The notes: generated by a model from the letters alone, not told the origin. A stretch of DNA of 63,920 nt, filler included, from Octopus bimaculoides (GCF_001194135.2; 4 parts of 4 records of this genome joined end to end with filler, not necessarily neighbours in it), one strand, 5' to 3'. Positions 49,423-62,816 are shown, counted from the whole stretch's first letter. Numbers and translations: made by a program.

Positions 49423-51756
49423 GATATACACACACACACAAACGTATATATGACTTGAACATTTTATTTTCAAAACCCCTTTTTGAATTTCTATTCCACC
49501 CACTTTATTTCATCTTCAATATTTACACCCGCCCCGCCGCCATCATTCCGATAATCACCAACCAACGCTTTGCCAACAGATTGGAAAGTTCCCTCTCACT
49601 CTGCCGCAGCTCACCCTTTAATTTTGGCATTTTGATTTGCCTTATTTCTTTGAAAGGGAACTTTGAAAATTGTTAAATCCCTACCCATTTTCAAATTCTC
49701 CTATTTGATCTCCTCTATTTATAATCTCCACATACTTAATCAATCACATATTCTTCTTGTCCTATCAAACGACTTGTTTCCATATCACTCACTATATATT
49801 TATGCTCACGCATACATATACACGCTAGCACGCAAGAACACACACACACGCGCGCGTGAACGCACACACATCCGCTCTAACACATTCACACATATATACA
49901 TTCATCTGAAAAGCCTATTCAACACATTTCGCTTAATGATGACATGTGTATATACAAACACATATAAACATATAGACATGTCGTTATATATATGTATACA
50001 TATAGATGTGTGTGTGCGTATCTGCATATACCCCAAGTACAAATATTAAGAATACGGTAGGAACGAACGTCACAGATATGTTAATAGTTTAACGCTTGTT
50101 CAGTTGAGAAAGGGCGTCATAACGTTTCGGACAAGGGACCATCATCTGGAAGAAAAGAGATTAGATGCATAGTGAGACTGAGATAGATAGATATAAAAAG
50201 ATAGATAAATAGATAGATAGATAGAAAGAAAGAAACAAAGATGAATAGATAGATAGATAGTTGCACATTGCTTTATATCACCTCATTTACACGTCTCCCT
50301 ATAAACGAGACCAGCCGTATATATTGCCTTTCGTTGTACACATCTTCCAAGCACCTCTCTATTTTTGTTATAAACTCTTCTAATTTCTTCTTTGTCTACA
50401 CATTTATAAATGATGCCTCTTCTAAGTTTTCTTTTTTCTTCTCGTGTAAGTAGGATTAGGTCTGGCATGATTTAGCTTAGCCGCTGTTTCGACTACTAAG
50501 ACAATCCAGATTTGAGTTACCCAAACAAATAACGAATGTGATTTGAGTTTGTAAGAAGTTGTTTTTGTTATGGCTGTGGCTACTGATGATAGACGTTACT
50601 GTTGTTGTCATTATTTTTAACCAGTTTACCAATCAACTTTGTTTGATTAATGGTCAGGTTAATCAGCCAGTCAACTACATATGTCAAAGTCCGTTTGTCG
50701 CCATTTGCGAAGTCATTGGTGACATACCCTCTCTAATCCAGCCCAGCTTCAGGCCTGTATGCGCGGTGAGCTTGCGATTGATGAGATTGCGAATGGAGAT
50801 GAAAGTACTTTGGCAAGCTTAGCTAAACGACTAATCAATCGATCGATTAGTTTAATTGGTTAAATGATTCACCAATTTACAGCTAATAATAAAACAGTGA
50901 AATGGGATTAGAGCGTGTGATTATTACTAGCATTCTGACTCTCCCGAAATACGGCGAGATCTTTCTCAACACACGAGTTCACACCAAGAATCTTGCATGC
51001 TAAGTGCAGAGACAAGACGCTCAAATTGATTTTCTTGGGGTGTGATATTTTTGTACTTGTCGCTATCGTTGAAAATTGGCAAAACAGTAAGGTGCATCTT
51101 TAATCTCTTTTTCAGGAAAACTCAAGTCACATTTCTTACTACCGGCAATAAGAGTTGATTTGCAGAACGACGCGGTAGAAGGGGAGGCACTTGCGTTTTC
51201 TCTTTTGTCCACGACTCTTTTCTTTAAATGTACTTTTTTTCATGTTGGAAAGTTAAACGAAAATAATACAATAAAGAGTATGTAAAAAGCAAGTAATTAA
51301 TGTTCCCTTCCGTTCTCAGAACATCGAGATGACTATTTCAGCAGGTGACCGGTCATTAAAAAACATATAGATGATGTCTTAGTTAGAAAAATGAAAAGAT
51401 TTTTCGGAAAAGTTTTCTTCCACTCCTCCTTTTCTCCATCTTTCCTCCTTTCCTCTTCGTACCCCTCCTCTTTCGCTTCTCCTCACCCTCCCCTTTTAGT
51501 CCATGCTCCTCCGCTTCTCTTCACGTCCTTCGCCCTCCTTCCCTATAATTCTCCTNNNNNNNNNNNNNNNNNNNNNNNNNNNNNNNNNNNNNNNNNNNNN
51601 NNNNNNNNNNNNNNNNNNNNNNNNNNNNNNNNNNNNNNNNNNNNNNNNNNNNNNNNNNNNNNNNNNNNNNNNNNNNNNNNNNNNNNNNNNNNNNNNNNNN
51701 NNNNNNNNNNNNNNNNNNNNNNNNNNNNNNNNNNNNNNNNNNNNNNNNNNNNNNTA

Positions 51757-53895
51757 CACAACAACCTCGGTTCTCGGCAATAATTTCTTCTGAAAGTCTG
51801 TTCTAAAACCGATATGTCCGAGAACCAAATCAATTTTTCCCCTTTGCAATTAATGTAAAAAAGATTAATTCGTTTCTAATCCCCACAAGAATGTTTATAT
51901 ACATGCTTACACTATATATTTTAGCATAAAAACGTTTATTCAAACTATAGATAACACACAAAAGTATGTTGTTTCTTGGAAAGGGAGTCGCCTTCTGTAA
52001 AGAACTGCTAGTAACTGTCTTTCGGGGGCTTCTTCCCTTCTCGGTCTCTTTGGCCCAGGTAAATCTTCCTCTAGGGTTTCTTCTCTTATTTATGTCAGTA
52101 AAAACCTGTCCAATATTAATTGTTTTTGACTGCGTTGTAAATCTTTTCTAAAATGAGACATGACATTGTCATAGAAAAGGTTTACTGCTCTATTTGCTAC
52201 CACTGAATTAGAGTGATATTTTCCCACAAAAGTTTGAACATTACCCCATTTAGCCAAAATTTCTTTGGTTAAAGAACTTGGGACACCCTCCTTTCCTTCC
52301 TCCTCCTCCTCCTCAGAAGACATTTTCTCAACGAATGTCTTTTGCTATTCATTTCGGTGGTAAGCTCAGTCCTGCGGTCTTCCTCCAGCTCTCCAATATC
52401 TTCACTGTCGACATTCAAGCCCATAGTTTTTCCCACGGAGACAATATCATCAACTCTAGCAATTTCCTCGAAAGCAATAGTACTTGAAGCCGTCTCAAAC
52501 CCCTTAAAGACACATTCTGGTACACAGTCTGGCCAATGTTTCCTCATTGGTTCTGTAACTCATTTGGTTCCATGCATTATCAATAAGATTAACAGAATTC
52601 GGGATATTGGCGGCGAGCTGGCAGAAACGTTAGCACGCCGGGTGAAATTCTTAGCGGTATTTCGTCTGCTGTTACGTTCTGAGTTCAAATTCCGCCAAGG
52701 TCAACTTTGCCTTTCATCCTTTCGGGGTCGATTAAATAAGTACCAGTTACGCACTGGGGTCGATGTAATCGACTTAATCCGCTTGTCTGCCCTTGTTTCT
52801 CCCCTCTCTGTCTAGTCCCTTGTGGGCAATAAAGATATAAGGATTTTGAAATGATTTTTGCAAAATTCTCTGAGATTTTACCGAGTGTCATTAGTGACTT
52901 GAAAGCACTTTCGAAACAAAGCTTTTGTGTAAAGTTTCTTAAGGTTTACAATGACCTGTTGATCCATTGGTTGTATTAGAGGAGTTGAGTTAAGTGGCAG
53001 GTATGTGGCCTGAATAAAATCAAACTCTTCAACTAAGTTATCCTCCAAAACTGGAGGGTCAGCGGGAGCATTGTCTAACAAAAGAAGACATTTTAGTAGC
53101 AAGTTTTTTTTTCTTGGAGATATTTTTTAACACTCGGGGCAAAAACTGCATGAATCCACACAATGAAAAAATTGTCTGGTTAACCAAGCCTTAGTATTAG
53201 CCCGCATTATTAGCCGTATTAACAGACAATTTACTCTTCATAAAATTGTTTCTTTTGAAAACCCTCGGATTATCGGAATGGTAAACAAGCAATGGCTTGA
53301 CCTTCAAATCGCCATTTCCGTTGCAGCATAGCAAAAGACTGAGTCTATCTTTCATTGGTCTGTGCCCTGGCAACGCTTTTTCTTTCTTAGTGATATAGGT
53401 CCTATTTTGTATTCGTTTCCAAAATAATCCTATTCCATCCCCGTCAAACACCTGTTGGGGTGGGTGGGTCACCTCCTTCCTTTATCAAGTAACTAAACTC
53501 AATCACAATTTCGCAGCCGCTTCCTTGTTCGAACTCGCCGCCACTCAATACCTAATTACACTGTGTATTTCACTTCTCTTCTTAAATTTCTCGAACCAGC
53601 CTCTACTAGCTTTGAATTCAAAAGTATCACTTTCAGCACTTGACCAGTGGTTTTCTTTACGATATAAATTTACATTATAGATTTCTAACTCTTTCTCACA
53701 AATAAATGCTTCCCTGATATCGCCACCTGCTATTTAAATTCATAAATGTCAGCAATAACTTTTCCTCTTCTTCTAATATCTTTTGTCTCTGTTTATTAAC
53801 AACGGTCACACCTTTTGAAACATCACCTGCTTTTATCGCTTCCTTATTTTTTTTAGAATGATAGATATCGTCGATTTAGGCATACTGTACGGACA
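51757..53895 (-). mobile_element. Tigger/pogo-type DNA transposon, decayed; 5' end lost near the gap
   Basis: Minus fragments: YSMPKSTISIIL..KEAIKAGDVSKGV (HTH-psq), FKASRGWFEKFKKRS (CENP-B HTH), PQQVF..GLFWKR..KDRLSLLLCCN..KPLLVYHSDNPRVFK and LLLLDNAPADP..PLIQPMDQQVI (DDE_1), plus a C-terminal WGNVQTFVGKYH..HFRKDLQRSQKQLILDRFL. TA plus a terminus-like sequence at 51755-51775. Confidence 0.9.
52609..52840 (+). mobile_element. SINE family A, tail B, inserted into the Tigger transposase
   Basis: Full copy flanked by GGATATT (52602-08) and GGATTTT (52841-47); removing it restores the Tigger HF(N/K)IL..NLIDNAW region. Confidence 0.9.
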
Positions 53896-54656
53896 CACGA
53901 AAGCCATTTTCGTGTCTTGCATACATAGATACATACATAGATACATACATACATACNNNNNNNNNNNNNNNNNNNNNNNNNNNNNNNNNNNNNNNNNNNN
54001 NNNNNNNNNNNNNNNNNNNNNNNNNNNNNNNNNNNNNNNNNNNNNNNNNNNNNNNNNNNNNNNNNNNNNNNNNNNNNNNNNNNNNNNNNNNNNNNNNNNN
54101 NNNNNNNNNNNNNNNNNNNNNNNNNNNNNNNNNNNNNNNNNNNNNNNNNNNNNNNNNNNNNNNNNNNNNNNNNNNNNNNNNNNNNNNNNNNNNNNNNNNN
54201 NNNNNNNNNNNNNNNNNNNNNNNNNNNNNNNNNNNNNNNNNNNNNNNNNNNNNNNNNNNNNNNNNNNNNNNNNNNNNNNNNNNNNNNNNNNNNNNNNNNN
54301 NNNNNNNNNNNNNNNNNNNNNNNNNNNNNNNNNNNNNNNNNNNNNNNNNNNNNNNNNNNNNNNNNNNNNNNNNNNNNNNNNNNNNNNNNNNNNNNNNNNN
54401 NNNNNNNNNNNNNNNNNNNNNNNNNNNNNNNNNNNNNNNNNNNNNNNNNNNNNNNNNNNNNNNNNNNNNNNNNNNNNNNNNNNNNNNNNNNNNNNNNNNN
54501 NNNNNNNNNNNNNNNNNNNNNNNNNNNNNNNNNNNNNNNNNNNNNNNNNNNNNNNNNNNNNNNNNNNNNNNNNNNNNNNNNNNNNNNNNNNNNNNNNNNN
54601 NNNNNNNNNNNNNNNNNNNNNNNNNNNNNNNNNNNNNNNNNNNNNNNNNNNNNNNN

Positions 54657-54692
<36 letters not shown>

Positions 54693-55357
54693 TATTAAAT
54701 AGGGTAGGAATTGATATTAATCAATTAAAAACAGTGGTCCAGCATATTAAAAAAATTCCGAAGATTAACATTATATTACATACAAAAATAAGAGGAATGA
54801 CCAGCAAAAGAGGACTTCTATATGCTAGAAATAGATGCCCAATCATCTAACCACAAAAATAAAAATTTAGCGACACAACAGACTGTAAAAGGGCAAGACA
54901 AATACAGAAAGATATATATTTAAGAATTTGCAAGAAATTGGAGAGGAAACGACATCTCATTTTAACATGTTTTCTCTCTGGTGTGTAGCTAAGGAATGTT
55001 TGCTATTCTAAGGGACGATGTCGGAGGCTGGTTGCGAGATGGGGGGTTAGTAATGGATTTTTTTTTGTTTCTGGGCTAGTCTGTCATGGTTCAGTGGTTT
55101 TGGGGACTGGTCTTAGAGATCAGAATGATGTGAGTGTGTGCGTGTCTCTGTTCACGTCTCTATGTGTGTGTATATACATGTGCTTGTGTGTGTGGGCCGT
55201 TTTTGATTGGTCCCAGAGTTTATTGTGGCGTGTGTATATGGGCCTGTGTTTATTTTATATTTGGTAGGATGGGCTGTGTATATGTGTGATTAATATTTGT
55301 TAGGGTGTTGTGTATGCGTATGTGTGTATGTGAATAAACACCTTTAAAATTGCATTT

Positions 55358-55388
<31 letters not shown>

Positions 55389-55682
55389 GTAGGTAAATAG
55401 ATAGAGAGAGATAGGGTGACAGAGAGGGGCAGAGAAGCATAGGAAGAGATAGATGGATACTGGTCTTAAACTACATGTGTATATGTACATATGTAAATAT
55501 ATATATAAATGCTCGAAATACGAGAGCAGAAAAGCAGCCAACCACTGACGAAGGGTCGTTTATTATGTTGTTTGTATTGTTTTCCATTTCTGTCTATCGT
55601 TGTTGGAAAAAATAGCTCACATTCCATGTACTCATACTTCGTATTTTTCGTTGTACACGTTTCATGACTTCCTGTGCCCACA

Positions 55683-55732
<50 letters not shown>

Positions 55733-55832
55733 NNNNNNNNNNNNNNNNNNNNNNNNNNNNNNNNNNNNNNNNNNNNTTAATTAATTAANNNNNNNNNNNN
55801 NNNNNNNNNNNNNNNNNNNNNNNNNNNNNNNN
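55733..55832. other. Artificial scaffold spacer N44-TTAATTAATTAA-N44
   Basis: As above. Confidence 0.95.
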
Positions 55833-55841
55833 TATATATAC

Positions 55842-56178
55842 GCCTTCCTGGCACTTGTGCCTGTGGCACGTGAAAAGACATTCGACCGAGATCGTTGCCA
55901 GTGCCGCTGGACTGGTTCCTGTGCAGGTGGCATGTAAAATACACCATTTTGAGCGTGGCCATTGCCAGTACCGCCTAACTGGCCTTCGTGCCGGTGGCAC
56001 GTAAAAGCACCCACTACACTCTCAGAGTGGTTGGCGTTAGGAAGGGCATCCAGCTGTAGAAACTCTGCCAGATCAGATTGGAGCCTGGTGTAGCCACCTG
56101 GTCCACCAGTCCTCAGTCAAATTGTCCAACCCATGCTAGCCTGGAAAGCGGACGTTAAATGACGATGATGATGATGAT
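55842..56178 (+). mobile_element. SINE family D 3' part (GGCGTTAGGAAGGGCATCCAGCTGTA motif, RTE-like tail ending in (GAT)n)
   Basis: Conserved GGAAGGGCATCC motif, which resembles V/Nin-type SINE domains, and tail CCCATGCTAGCCTGGAAAGCGGACGTTAAA(TGA)n; second copy at 58491-58624. Confidence 0.8.
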
Positions 56179-57152
56179 TATGCATATATATCTGTGTGTG
56201 TGTGTTTGTGTTTACATGTGCATGTACATGTATGTATGCTGTCTAATGCACACACAGACACATAAATGTACACACACTCTCATATGGGTATGTATACATG
56301 CAAACATATGCAAACACACATTCACTCACAAATATCTATACACACACTCACATACATATACACATCACACATGCACACAAACGCACACAGACACACACAT
56401 ATATATATACATGCGTGCAGTGGTATCTATATATACACACACACAGTTATTGATTATATAGTTTTTATATGCTTTCATAGACTTGTCTATTTATTCATAT
56501 CGCTGTTCGTTCATGCATGCCCACTAATACGTGCATACATAAACAGTAAATCAATAGTACTATACACACACACAAACTCACTCTCTCTTACACACACACA
56601 CACACACAAGCTCACTCGCACACACACACAAGCTCACACACACACACACACACACTCACACAATCACATACACACACGCACATGTGCAGCCGTGCGCACC
56701 CATCACCTCAGGCAGAGTACTTGTGAATGAAATCTTTTTATCTATGTTACCTCCCCTTCTCTCTTCCCCCCTGTCACTCTCCCTTCAACTCCTCTCTCTC
56801 TCTCTCATTTTCTGTCTTACACTCCTCCTTCTCTTATTCACAGGTGGTTCCACTATGTATTTTCATTCATAATTTTCTAGAGTACGTAGTATTATGTATA
56901 CATTGACATCTATGTTGTGTGTAGACTATGCTCAAAATATGACTGTGTGTATGTATGTATATATGCATATATACATGCACATATGCATGCATGTATCCTG
57001 ACACTGTCTTTTTCGCACTTATATACACTTGTATCTACCATCTGCTTGTCCTACATAAACACATACATACACACAATTATATACACATACATACATACAT
57101 ACATACAAGTTGTCATAGGTGCACTCACTATTACACACTCTTGCATCATATC

Positions 57153-57402
57153 CAGGGCTGTGGAGTCGGAGTCGAAGTCGTGGAGTCAGAGTCAGAAACA
57201 ATTAAGGGGTAGCTGGATTCGGACTCTGACTCACAATGTCTCTAACTCGTTTATATTAACGAGTTATAACCTATTGGCCTACTTAAAATACAAACGTATG
57301 CATATGCTTTATGAGATATGGAGACCACAATCACTTAATTACATAAAGAGGAGTCGGGAGTCAGAAGTGCCAATAGTAGAGGAGTCTGAGTCGAAGGTGT
57401 AG
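57153..57402. mobile_element. Probable hAT-type non-autonomous element fragment
   Basis: CAGGGCTGTGGAGTCGGAGTCG terminus with reiterated GGAGTC subterminal motifs; no intact second TIR seen. Confidence 0.55.
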
Positions 57403-57509
57403 CAGAGTGGGATTGAACCTAAAACCACCAGGTGGTTGCAAAGCACGCTTCTAAACTACATGGCCATGCTTGTATCTACATAATGAAGAAGCAGAAAAAA
57501 AAAAAAACT

Positions 57510-57660
57510 AGGCTGTGTGGTAAGAAGTTTGCTTCCCAACCAAATGGTTCTGGGTTCAGTCCCACCGAGTGGCTCCTTGGACAAGTGTCTTCTTTTATTG
57601 CCTTGGGCCGACCCAAGCCTTGCGAGTGGATTTGGTAGACGAAAACTGAAAGAAATTCTT
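57510..57660 (+). mobile_element. SINE family B 5' half
   Basis: GGCTGTGTGGTAAGAAGTTTGCTTCCCAACC..GGGTTCAGTCCC..GGATTTGGTAGACG. Confidence 0.85.
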
Positions 57661-57679
57661 CATGTGTGTGTGTGTATGC

Positions 57680-57756
<77 letters not shown>

Positions 57757-58122
57757 CGTACATAACCTTAACATTTAGCATATGTCTTGCTTTTCGTATG
57801 TTGGTTCCCTGACGATAAATATATGTGCAATTCCAGCAGCTCTTACATCTTTGGAGTAGAGTGCACATATATTTTGAAACATATGTAGGAATTAAAGGAA
57901 CTTATTGATTATTTGCGTTTTGCTCCATTTATTATTATTCTTCATATCTACTCAAAATACATCACTTTAACTTGGTATTTCTACCTATTAAACGGGTGTG
58001 ATATCCCAGTTTTTGTGTGATTTTTGCTACTCATGGTAACTATTAACATATTTACATTATCAAAGTTTTTTCAACCAAGATAATATTAATATATACATAA
58101 AGTTATATATAAATATATATAT

Positions 58123-58457
58123 AAAGACCCCTTTCAGTCATGAAAGACCATGAGATTGCATCTAGAAAGTTCCCCTACGAGGCACAAGTCCAGGCAACAT
58201 TGTTTATGAAAATACCAGGAGTCACCTCTGCATACCAGCTTCCTGTCTGCATGCCACTGATGTTATCCAAGGGAAAGGCAAAGACTGATACAGCTTGGCA
58301 CCGGTGACATTGCAGTGCATCTCTACAGTTGAGTGAGATGGAGCAATGTGAAATAAAGTGTCTTGCTCAAGAGCACAACCCACAACCTAGTCTGGGAGTT
58401 GAACTCACAGCCTCGTGATTGTGAGCTTGTTGCTCTAACCATTGAGCCATGCACCTT

Positions 58458-58460
<3 letters not shown>
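58123..58460 (-). mobile_element. SINE with a family C-type head and a different body/tail
   Basis: Minus head GTGAAGGTGCATGGCTCAATGGTTAGAGC..GTGAGTTCAACTCCC..CTTGAGCAAGACACTTTATTTCAC; the body diverges from 42364-42684. Confidence 0.75.
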
Positions 58461-58490
<30 letters not shown>

Positions 58491-58494
<4 letters not shown>

Positions 58495-58624
58495 TCATCA
58501 TCATCGTTTAACGTCCGCTTTCCATGCTAGCATGGGTTGGACGATTTGACTGAGGACTGGTGAAACCGGATGGCAACACCAGGCTCCAGTCTAATTTGGC
58601 AGAGTTTCTACAGCTGGATGCCCT
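58491..58624 (-). mobile_element. SINE family D tail fragment
   Basis: (ATC)n-GTTTAACGTCCGCTTTCCATGCTAGCATGGG..CTACAGCTGGATGCCCT; reverse complement of 56044-56175. Confidence 0.85.
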
Positions 58625-58644
58625 NNNNNNNNNNAATTGTGTCT

Positions 58645-58862
58645 AGGTTGTTCCCCACCCCCACTTGACGACTGGTGTTGGTGTGTTTACATCCTTGTAA
58701 CTTAGCAGTTCGACGGGAAGAAACTCAATAGAACAAGAACAAGGCTTAAATATATAAAAAAGAAAAAAAAATATACTGAGGTTGATTCATTTGACTAAAA
58801 ATTCTTCAACGTGGTACCCCAGCATGGCCACAGTCTAATGACTGAAACAAGTACAAGATAAG
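58645..58862 (+). mobile_element. SINE family B 3' half
   Basis: TTGACGACTGGTGTTGGTGTGTTTAC..CCCCAGCATGGCCACAGTCTAATGACTGAAAC. Confidence 0.8.
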
Positions 58863-59279
58863 AGTCAGACAAATAAAAGGAAATGAAAACAATAAAAATA
58901 TGCTACACCTGAAGACCCCTTCTGAATACACCAATCAAACTACAGTATGAAGAAATCACAGAAAATTCTATACAACCTTTTACCATTCTCGTTTTCGAGT
59001 TGTTCTGCTGCTTCTATTACTTTTGCTACATTATTTCTGGTTCCTTTATTTATTTATTTTTTTTTGCGTTTTACCATTTCTTCTTTCCTTAGAAATATTC
59101 TTCACTCAACATTTTTGCTGTTTTTTTCTTTTTCTTTTTTTTTTGTTTGTTTGCTTTCTATAAATTTATTTAGTTTTATTTATTTATATTTATGGTTGTT
59201 TTTTTTTGAAAGAAAATATTTTCAATATTCTACTATTGATTTCTTTCCTTCCCAATTCTTAAGCTTGGTAATTCCGTAG

Positions 59280-59473
59280 TCTCCCCACTCTCTCTCTTTC
59301 TCTCTCTCTCTCTCTCTTATCTATCTATCCATGTCTCTATCTATATCTTTCTATCTCTGTTTATCTTTGTTTTCTCCATCTGTTTCTCTCTCTCCCTCTC
59401 TTTCTCTTTATTCCATCTCTATACACCCCTCTCTCTCTCTCTGTCGATTTATCTCTGTGTCTATTTATCTCTC

Positions 59474-59524
<51 letters not shown>

Positions 59525-59717
59525 TTCTATCTATCTATCTGTCTGTCTGTATATCTCTCTCTGTTTCTCTCTGTCTCTCTGCTGTTTATCTTTCTCTATG
59601 ATCTCTCTCTCTATCTGTCTCTGTTTATCTTTTGTTTTTCTCCATCTGTATCTCTCTCTCTCCCTCCCTCTCTTTATTCCATCTATATATATCTCTCTCT
59701 CTCTGTCTATTTACCTT

Positions 59718-59764
<47 letters not shown>

Positions 59765-59903
59765 CTGTCTGTCTCTCTCTAATTCTATCTTTTTATTTAT
59801 CTTTCTGTCTGTCTCTCTGTCTCTATCTCCCCCTCTCTTTCCCACTTTACTCCATGTCCCTGTTTATATATCTCTCTCTTTTTCTCTCTATCTAATCATC
59901 TAT

Positions 59904-59949
<46 letters not shown>

Positions 59950-60560
59950 TTGGCTTTTGATTTTCAATTCTTCCTTTTGTCTTTTAATTTCTTTCTTTTT
60001 TTTTTTAGTGCCTTCTACAGTCTCTTTCATTCTCTTTCATTCGCTTATTTCATTTGTTCCTTTTTCTTTACTTTTATCCTTCATCATCATCATCAGTACC
60101 AACATCAACATCATCAACATCATCATCATCATCCTTGTGGCCATCATCATCATCATTCACAATCTTCACCACCACCACCTCCACCATCATCATCATTTTC
60201 ACCACCACCATAATCATCATCACCATCTTCACCACCACATCATCATCATCATCACCTACATCATCACCATCATCCTCTTTCACAATCATCATCATCACCA
60301 TTTTTCACAGTCATCATCACAATCGTCATCACCATCGCAATTTTGCTCTTCTTACTCTCTCTCCATCCTCTTCTGCTTACTCTCCCAGTCTCCTTCCTCT
60401 TCATCCTGATCTTTTTTGCCATTCTGTATAACCTTTTGCTCCTTTTCTTTCTTTCTTTCTTTCTTTACATTTTACTTTTTCGCATTTTTCGACCCCCCCC
60501 CCTACCCACCACCACCTCCTCTCTCTCCGTTATATTTTTGTCTTTTATTTTCCCATTTTT
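59280..60560. repeat. Long CT-rich / (CAT,CAC)n low-complexity block
   Basis: Mixed (CT)n, (CTAT)n, (TA)n and (CAT)n arrays. Confidence 0.95.
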
Positions 60561-60744
60561 GCTTTTCATTCTTCTAAAACAACGTGTGTTAGCATTTAAG
60601 CTGATTTTCTGGAAGTCTTTGATAATCCAGCTACCTTGAAGCGTTACCATGTCACATGTTACTCCTTCCACTGCCGCCCCCTTCACCCCACCACTGCCCT
60701 TCCCACTCCCTTTTCTTCTCCTTTTTCTCTCTGTCATTCTTCCC

Positions 60745-61650
60745 ACTCATAGAGACTACACACACACACACACACACACACACACTGTCTCATACATGTG
60801 TGCAGACACACTCCTACACATTAACGTAAGCATGCTCACACATGCATACAGATACACGCGTGTAGACATGTACACATACACACACACACACTCATGTGTG
60901 CAGACACACTCCTACACATTAACGTAAGCATGCACACACACATACAGATACACGTGTGTAGACATATGTACACATACACACACACACACACACACACGCT
61001 CTCTCTCTTGCATACACATGCTCATACATGCGTGTTGCCCCACACATATTGTCATACATACACATTCATCACACACACACACACACACACACACACATGC
61101 ATATACACATACTCATACAGGTTCATGCCCCACACATGCACATACAATCATGTATACACACACTTACAGTCATACATACACACACGCTAAAACACACTCT
61201 CACATACACATGCTCGTACATGCGTGTGCTCCCCCACACACAGTCGTACGTACACTTACACATAGACACACACTCAAACACACATGCATACACAGTCGTA
61301 CGTACCCCCCCCACACACACCCATACATGCTCATAGTCATGTGTACACTCACTTAAACGCAATCATACACCCACAGTCGTACACGTATGCACATACTTCT
61401 CCAGTCACATCTACACACACTTATGCACATACACAAACACACAGATACTTATACAAGGACTTGCCCCCACACATACACATGCACACACACCCATGCGTAT
61501 ACTCATACAGTTATATTTACCCACTTACGCACGCACATGCCCCCCACACACACATAGACACATGCATGCGCATACTCAGACTGTCACATCTGCACACACT
61601 TACGCACATACACACACACTTGCCCCCAGACACACACGCACACACAAACA
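60745..61650. repeat. Degenerate (CA)n block with a 98-bp tandem duplication
   Basis: CATGTGTGCAGACACACTCCTACACATTAACGTAAGCATGC starts at both 60795 and 60893. Confidence 0.9.
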
Positions 61651-61862
61651 CCCAAATTCAGCAATTTTAGCAAAATTCTTCCCAGTGTTTCAAACCAACA
61701 TCCAACTGTCACGTCTGCTTTGCTTTTCTTCTGATCTCGGATTAAATATTTAATTAGCTCAAAACTCCGCACATACGAAACAACCGTCACCTTTGTCATT
61801 CCGAGTGTTCTCCCTGCATTTCTGGTGTTCGCAAAAATGGTAAAAAAAAAACATGTTGAATA

Positions 61863-62019
61863 GGTGCAGGGGTGGCTGTTTGGTAAGCAGCTTGCTTACC
61901 AACCACATGGTTCTAGGTTCAGTCCCACTGCATGGCACCTTGGGCAAGTGTCTTCTACTATAGCCTCGGGCCGACCAAAGCCTTCTGAGTAGATTTGGTA
62001 GACGGAACATGAAAGAAGC

Positions 62020-62025
<6 letters not shown>
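61863..62025 (+). mobile_element. SINE family B 5' half running into (TA)n(TG)n
   Basis: GGTGCAGGGGTGGCTGTTTGGTAAGC..GGCACCTTGGGCAAGTGTCTTCTACTATAGCCTCGGGCCGACC. Confidence 0.87.
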
Positions 62026-62070
<45 letters not shown>

Positions 62071-62662
62071 TTATGTGTCTGTGTTTGTGTCTCTGTGTTT
62101 ATACAACGGTGTGTACACATATTTGGTGGGCAGCTTTTAAATACCTTTGAGATTTATCAGTTCACTCCGTTCGGGAAATTCTTTGGAAGTGTCTGGTACA
62201 ATAGTTGTTAGTTGAAAGGATCAACAGCACATCAGAGGAGTAATCAGGTTCCACTAATAGCTCTTCAATCACTAGCTGTTCCAACTTAGTGGACATAGCA
62301 GTAGCAGCAGTAGTCAAGTTTGATTGAGCACACTAACGATCAAAGGCAATCCAGCTGCTGACCATCCCTTCCTTTATTGAAGTTATCTTCATAACACTAC
62401 ATTACCTGATGTGTCCATTGCTTTTTTTCTTCTTTTTTTTTTGGGGTGTGTGTAATGTTTCGATGGAAACGTGATTTGAAAGAGAAAGAGAGAAAGATTT
62501 GGCTGTTGTTTCTTGCAGATCGAGGAACCATGTAGAAACTGCACTATTGGGATTGGAGGATTAGTGTAATAGTAATGTTGAGCATTCTTATTTTTGTGTT
62601 TTATCAAGTGACATGTGAGGGGAAACAGAAACTCTGTGTTTATATATGTGTATATATGTCTA

Positions 62663-62716
<54 letters not shown>

Positions 62717-62816
62717 NNNNNNNNNNNNNNNNNNNNNNNNNNNNNNNNNNNNNNNNNNNNTTAATTAATTAANNNNNNNNNNNNNNNNNNNNNNNNNNNN
62801 NNNNNNNNNNNNNNNN
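62717..62816. other. Artificial scaffold spacer N44-TTAATTAATTAA-N44
   Basis: As above. Confidence 0.95.

Noticed and set aside
54955-54982. Minus GAAACATGTTAAAA palindromic stem III-like half motif
   Set aside because: No CUGANGA core upstream.
60074-60345. His-rich ORFs
   Set aside because: Degenerate (CAT/CAC)n microsatellite, open in several frames on both strands.
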